Under the pieces are notes generated by a model, which was not told the origin of the DNA, ran no database searches, and saw only the letters and a list, made by a program, of their open reading frames with translations. From NCBI GenBank assembly GCA_030390025.1, contig JASTWF010000035.1, positions 3,534,001 to 3,598,000 on the forward strand: a DNA stretch of 64,000 nucleotides. Reading direction: 5' to 3'. Positions within the stretch are counted from its first letter, which is position 1, and each line of letters opens with the position of its first letter. This DNA is from Squalus acanthias (Eukaryota). Position numbers and translations under genes: made by a program. Below, piece after piece: positions 59,382 to 64,000 of the stretch.

Positions 59382-60358
59382 TCAAGCTATCACACTCCCT
59401 ATCACTCTGGTGTGCTCCATGTGCTTATCCAATAACCGCTTGAAAGTTCCTAAAGTGTCCGACTCCACTATCACAGCAGGCAGTCCATTCCACACCCCAA
59501 CCACTCTCTGAGTAAAGAATCTACCTCGGACATCCCTTCTATATGTCCCCCCATGCACCTTATAGTTATGCCCCCTTGTAACAGCTGCCTCTACCCGAGG
59601 AAATAGTCTCTGAACATCCACTCTATCTATCCCCCTCATCATCTTATAAACCTCTATTAAGTCGCCTCTCATCCTCCTCCGCTCTAAAGAGAAAAGCCCC
59701 AACTCCCTCAATCTTTCCTCATAAGACCTCCCCCCCAAACCAGGCAGCATCCTGGTAAATCTCCTTTGCACTCTTTCCAATGCTTCCACGTCCTTCCTAT
59801 AGTGAGGTGACCAGAACTGCACACAATATTCCAAATGTGGTCTCACCAAGGTCCTGTACAGTTGCAGCATAACCTCACGGTTCTTAAACTCAAACCCTCT
59901 GTTAATAAACGCCAACACACCATAGGCCTTCTTTACTGCTCTATCCACTTGAGTGGCAACCTTCAGAGATCTGTGGATATGAACCCCCAGATCCCTCTGC
60001 TCCTCCACGTTCCTCAGAACCCTGCCGTTGACCCTGTAATCCTTATTCAAATTTGCCCTACCAAAACGAATCACCTCGCACTTATCAGGGTTAAATTCCA
60101 TCTGCCATTTTTCGGCCCAGCTCTGCATCCTATCAATGTCTCTTTGCAGCCTACAACTGCCCTCCACCTCATCCACTACTCCACCAATCTTGGTGTCATC
60201 AGCAAATTTACTGATCCACCCTTCAGTCCCCTCCTCCAAGTCATTGATAAAAATCACAAACAGCAGAGGACCCAGCACCGACCCCTGTGGCACACCGCTG
60301 GTAACTGGTCTCCAGTCCGAAAATGTTCCATCCACCACCACCCTCTGCCTTCTATGAG
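59382..60358 (-). mobile_element. CR1 RT C-terminal fragment (distinct subfamily, open frame)
   Basis: 319-aa ORF with [14 protein letters not shown] and RPHLEYC. Confidence 0.88.
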
Positions 60359-60359
60359 A

Positions 60360-60925
60360 TGCTAGGCCATTTCAGAGGGCAGTTAAGAGTCAACCATATT
60401 GCTGTGGGTCTGGAGTCACATATGGGCCAGACTAGGTAAAGACGCCATATTTCCTTCCCTAAAGCACATTAGTGAACCAGATGGGTTTTTACGACAATTC
60501 GGTAGTTTCACGGTCACCATTACCGATACTAGCTCTCCCAAACCCGCGACATCTACCACTTAGAAGGACAAGGGCAGCAGACGCATGGGAACCCCATTAC
60601 CTCCAAGTCCCCCTCCAAGTCACAAAGCAACCTGACTTGGAAATATATCGCCATTTCTTCATCGTCGCTGGGTCAATATCCTGGAACTCCCTCCCTAACA
60701 GCACTGTGGGAGTAGCTTCACCACACGGACTACAGCGGTACTGGAAGGCGGCTCACTACCACCTTCTCGAGGGCAATTAGGGATGGGCAATAAATGTTGG
60801 CCTTGCCAGCGATGCTCACATCCCATAAACGAATAAAAAAAACTTATTCCACATTTATTTAACTGAATTTAAATTCCCCAGCTGCTGTGGTGGGATTTGA
60901 ACTCATGTCTCTGGATCATTAGTCC
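60360..60925 (-). mobile_element. tRNA-derived SINE interrupted by a + strand second-family LINE 3' end (60533-60842)
   Basis: B-box near 60890-60905; SINE body at 60360-60530; LINE tail GGGCAATAAATG..CACATCCCA-polyA. Confidence 0.75.
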
Positions 60926-61874
60926 ACACGCCCACCCAGCTTTGTGTCGTCTGCAAACTTGGAGATATTACATCTAGTTCCCTCATCTAGATCATTAATA
61001 TATATTGTGAATAGCTGGGGTCCTAGCACCGATCCCTGCGGTACCCCACTAGTCACTGCCTGCCACTCGGAAAAAGACCCGTTTATTCCAACTCTTTGCT
61101 TCCTGTCTGCCAACCAGTTCTCTATCCAAGTCAGTACCTTACCCCCAATCCCATGTGCTTTAACTTTGCACGCCAATCTCTTATGCGGGACCTTATCAAA
61201 AGCCTTCTGAAAGTCCAAATACACCGCATCCATTGGTTCTCCCTTATCTATTCTACCAGTTACATCCTCAAAAAACTCCAGTAGATTAGTCAAGCATGAT
61301 TTACCTTTTGTAAATCCATGTTGACTTTGTCCGATCCTGTCACTGTTTTCCAAGTGTTCTGCTATTACATCTTTTGTAATGGACTCTAGCATTTTCCCCA
61401 CTACCGATGTCAGGTTTCCCGGTCTGTAATTCCCCGTTTTCTCTCTCCCATCTTTTTTAAATAGTGGGGTAACATTAGCTACCCTCCAATCCATGGGAAC
61501 TGTTCCAGAGTCCATAGAATTTTGGAAGATGACCAGCAATGCATCTACTATTTCTAGGGCCACTTCCTTAAGTACCCGAGGCTGTAGATTATCAGGCCCT
61601 GGGGATTTATCGGCCTTCAATCCTGTCAATTTCCCTAACACCATTTCCCTACAAATACTGATTTCATTCAATTCCTCCCTCTCATTAGACCCTATGTTCC
61701 CCGACATCTCTGGGAGGTTATTTGTGTCCTCCTTTGTTAAGACAGAACCAAAGTATGTATTTAATTGGTCTGCCATTTCTTTGTTCCCCATTATAAATTC
61801 CCCTGATTCTGACTGCAAGGGACCTACGCTTGACTTCACCAATCTTTTTCTCTTCACATATCGATAGAAGCTTT
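60921..61874 (-). mobile_element. HER1-like CR1 internal RT fragment
   Basis: 312-aa open [19 protein letters not shown]. Confidence 0.88.
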
Positions 61875-62008
61875 GTTCTGAGTTATATAAAAATGTTAGT
61901 TAATGTAGGTTAATAAAATATTTAATGTAATGAGCAATTTAATTAAACCCTTTTCAGCTAAGGAGACCTAGTAACCTTTCTTTTTTATGTTGGTGCTGTT
62001 TCCACTAG

Positions 62009-62370
62009 ACCGAAGCCAGTCGCCCATGTGTCACGATGCTATGATAGTGACAGTTTTACGCCGTCTGTAGATATGCAGCACGTTGAACAGAGTCCAGAGA
62101 GGAACTATTATCATAAACAAAACCGCAACTCAGAGGGTAGGTTCGTCAGGGATCCCATGTCACGGAGTTCAGCACTACGGAGGCAAGCTGTCGAAAACTG
62201 GCACCGTAGACCGTATCGTAATAGTACAGAGGGAGAAGAAGGAGATGTGTCAGATGCAGGATCGAGAACGACTGAATCGGAGGCGGAAGTATGGGAACCA
62301 GAAAGTACAAGTTCAACAGAGCCACAGCAATTTGGATCAAACCGTGCCAGGGCTTACCGACTAGGTACCA
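62009..62370 (+). CDS. FBXO41: FBXO41 coding exon 4
   Basis: CCACTAG acceptor; encodes CYDSDS...LRRQAVENWHRRP...STEGEEGDVSDAGSRTTESEAE, conserved in FBXO41; donor CA|GTAAGT, phase 1. Confidence 0.92.
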
Positions 62371-62403
62371 GTAAGTACTGCACTATATCCTGACACTATA
62401 GAT

Positions 62404-62446
62404 CAGTGGTTCTCAAACTGGGGTCCGTGAACCCCAAGGGGTCCAC
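62404..62446 (+). mobile_element. hAT/Charlie-type DNA transposon terminus remnant
   Basis: CAGTGGTTCTCAAACTGGGG followed by a short hairpin; partner end not seen. Confidence 0.5.
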
Positions 62447-63184
62447 AAAACATTGACCAATTGTCCTTCTATCTCCCTCCCTACTTTAAATGGTTAGTGC
62501 AAAGTGGTTTGCTTACAGATTGCATACCAGTTTGGCTTCTGAAAGCAAACACTCTGCTCGGTGGTTGGGTTATGTATTTTCTTTTACCCCTTCTCGTACC
62601 TTACTTACCGATTGAGGCATTTATTCTACACCGGGAGCTGATTGACGGTTCTATTATCCAATTATCGTCTTTGTCGGTGATTTGTTTGGAATGTTACTAA
62701 CGGGTATCATCCAATCAACATGTGGCAAAGGTGGGACTTCCCGCGTGTGATGGTAGGTTGAGGCGGAGTAGCGCGGCCTCTCGGTACCTTCCTGATTCAA
62801 TCGTGTGACGTGGCTGCCCTCCCAGTGGGGGGTTGCGAAAGAATCCACCGGGGGACACCTGGCACCAGTGAGTCAACAGCAGGCCCGCTCAAACATTCCA
62901 GCCACCTGTAAGACGGACCCTATGAATATGAATGGTGAATCAGTAGGGCAGAGCGTAGCAGTGCGGGGATTATGTCATGAGGAGCCAGCAGCGGAAACTA
63001 CATTGTATCTGTCCCGAGGGTGAAGGATGGAGGTGAAATACAGCAGCAGCATCGCTGGCTTTGCGCGAGAGCGTAAACTCGGCTGCTAAATGCAGCATGG
63101 ATCAGCCTTCAGTTCGCATTAAATAAAATTTGGATCATCCCAAGAATCCAAACGTGATTCCGAACCAACCTGCCCCTCTGAGTC

Positions 63185-64000
63185 TTGGATGAAATTGACA
63201 CAGTGGACTGGGAATTAAATATTGCAGGGTATAACATATTTAGAAAAGATAGAGAGGGAAAAGGGGAAGGTGGAGTAGCTGTACTTATTAGGGATAACAT
63301 AATAGCAGTAGAAAAAAGTGACGCAGCTATAAGCAAGACAGAAATAGAATCCATGTGGATAGAGATAAAAGATAATAAAGGATCAATTACACTAATAGGG
63401 GTAGTCTACAGGCCACCTAATAGTGGAAGGGAGGTGGAGGAAGAAAATAATCAAACAAATTAGGGAAATGAGTAAAAAACATGGAATAATAATCATCGGG
63501 GGTTTCAACTATCCCGATATTAATTGGACAGAAGAGGTAGGTAAAGGGGAAAAGGGAATGGAGTTCCTACAATGTACAGGACTCCTTTCTAACTCAATAT
63601 GTAAAAAGCCCAACAAGGGAGGATTCACTATTGGATCTAGTAATGGGGAATGAACTAGAGCAGATAATAGGAGTAAAAGTAGGGGAGCATCTAGGCAATA
63701 GTGACCATAATATAATACGCTTTAAAGTAATAATTGAGAAGGACATGAGTACGATGAAGACCAGGGTAATAGACTGGAGAAAAGCTGATTTTAAGGGGCT
63801 GAGAATAGAACTTGGGAAAATAAAATGGACAACAATATTGGCAAACAATGACGTCAAACAACGATGGGAAACATTTAAAACAGTGTTCAACAGAGTCCAG
63901 GAAAAATATATTCTGCTAAAAAACAAGAACAAGCTAAACACTAATGAGTCACCATAGATGAATGAAGCCATAAGGGAAAAATTGAGGGTAAGGAAACAAC
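63185..64000 (+). mobile_element. CR1 endonuclease-region fragment running off the window
   Basis: WELNIAGY, GGVA, VYRPP and SDHN motifs. Confidence 0.85.

Overview
Eukaryotic vertebrate DNA, very probably a cartilaginous fish (shark), judged from HER1/HE1-type CR1 tails. The window holds the first four coding exons of FBXO41 on the + strand (208-923, 14705-14915, 47300-47379, 62009-62370; splice phases join correctly). The introns (about 13.8, 32.4 and 14.6 kb) are almost entirely nested transposable elements: many CR1 LINEs (three near full-length with a Zn-finger/esterase ORF1, one apparently fully intact at about 37690-42023), a second CR1/L2-group LINE and its tRNA-derived SINE, L2, RTE, Penelope-like elements with minimal hammerhead ribozymes, and two copies of a 741/742-bp TIR element. 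The most striking signal is that five divergent CR1 copies end ORF1 with a correctly phased slippery heptamer T_TTA_AAC directly before the stop codon. ORF2 continues in the -1 frame (unbroken in four of the five), and in the intact copy it has no ATG until after the endonuclease domain, which points to programmed -1 ribosomal frameshifting. Boundaries of old TE fragments are approximate, and family names come from motif recognition, not database searches.
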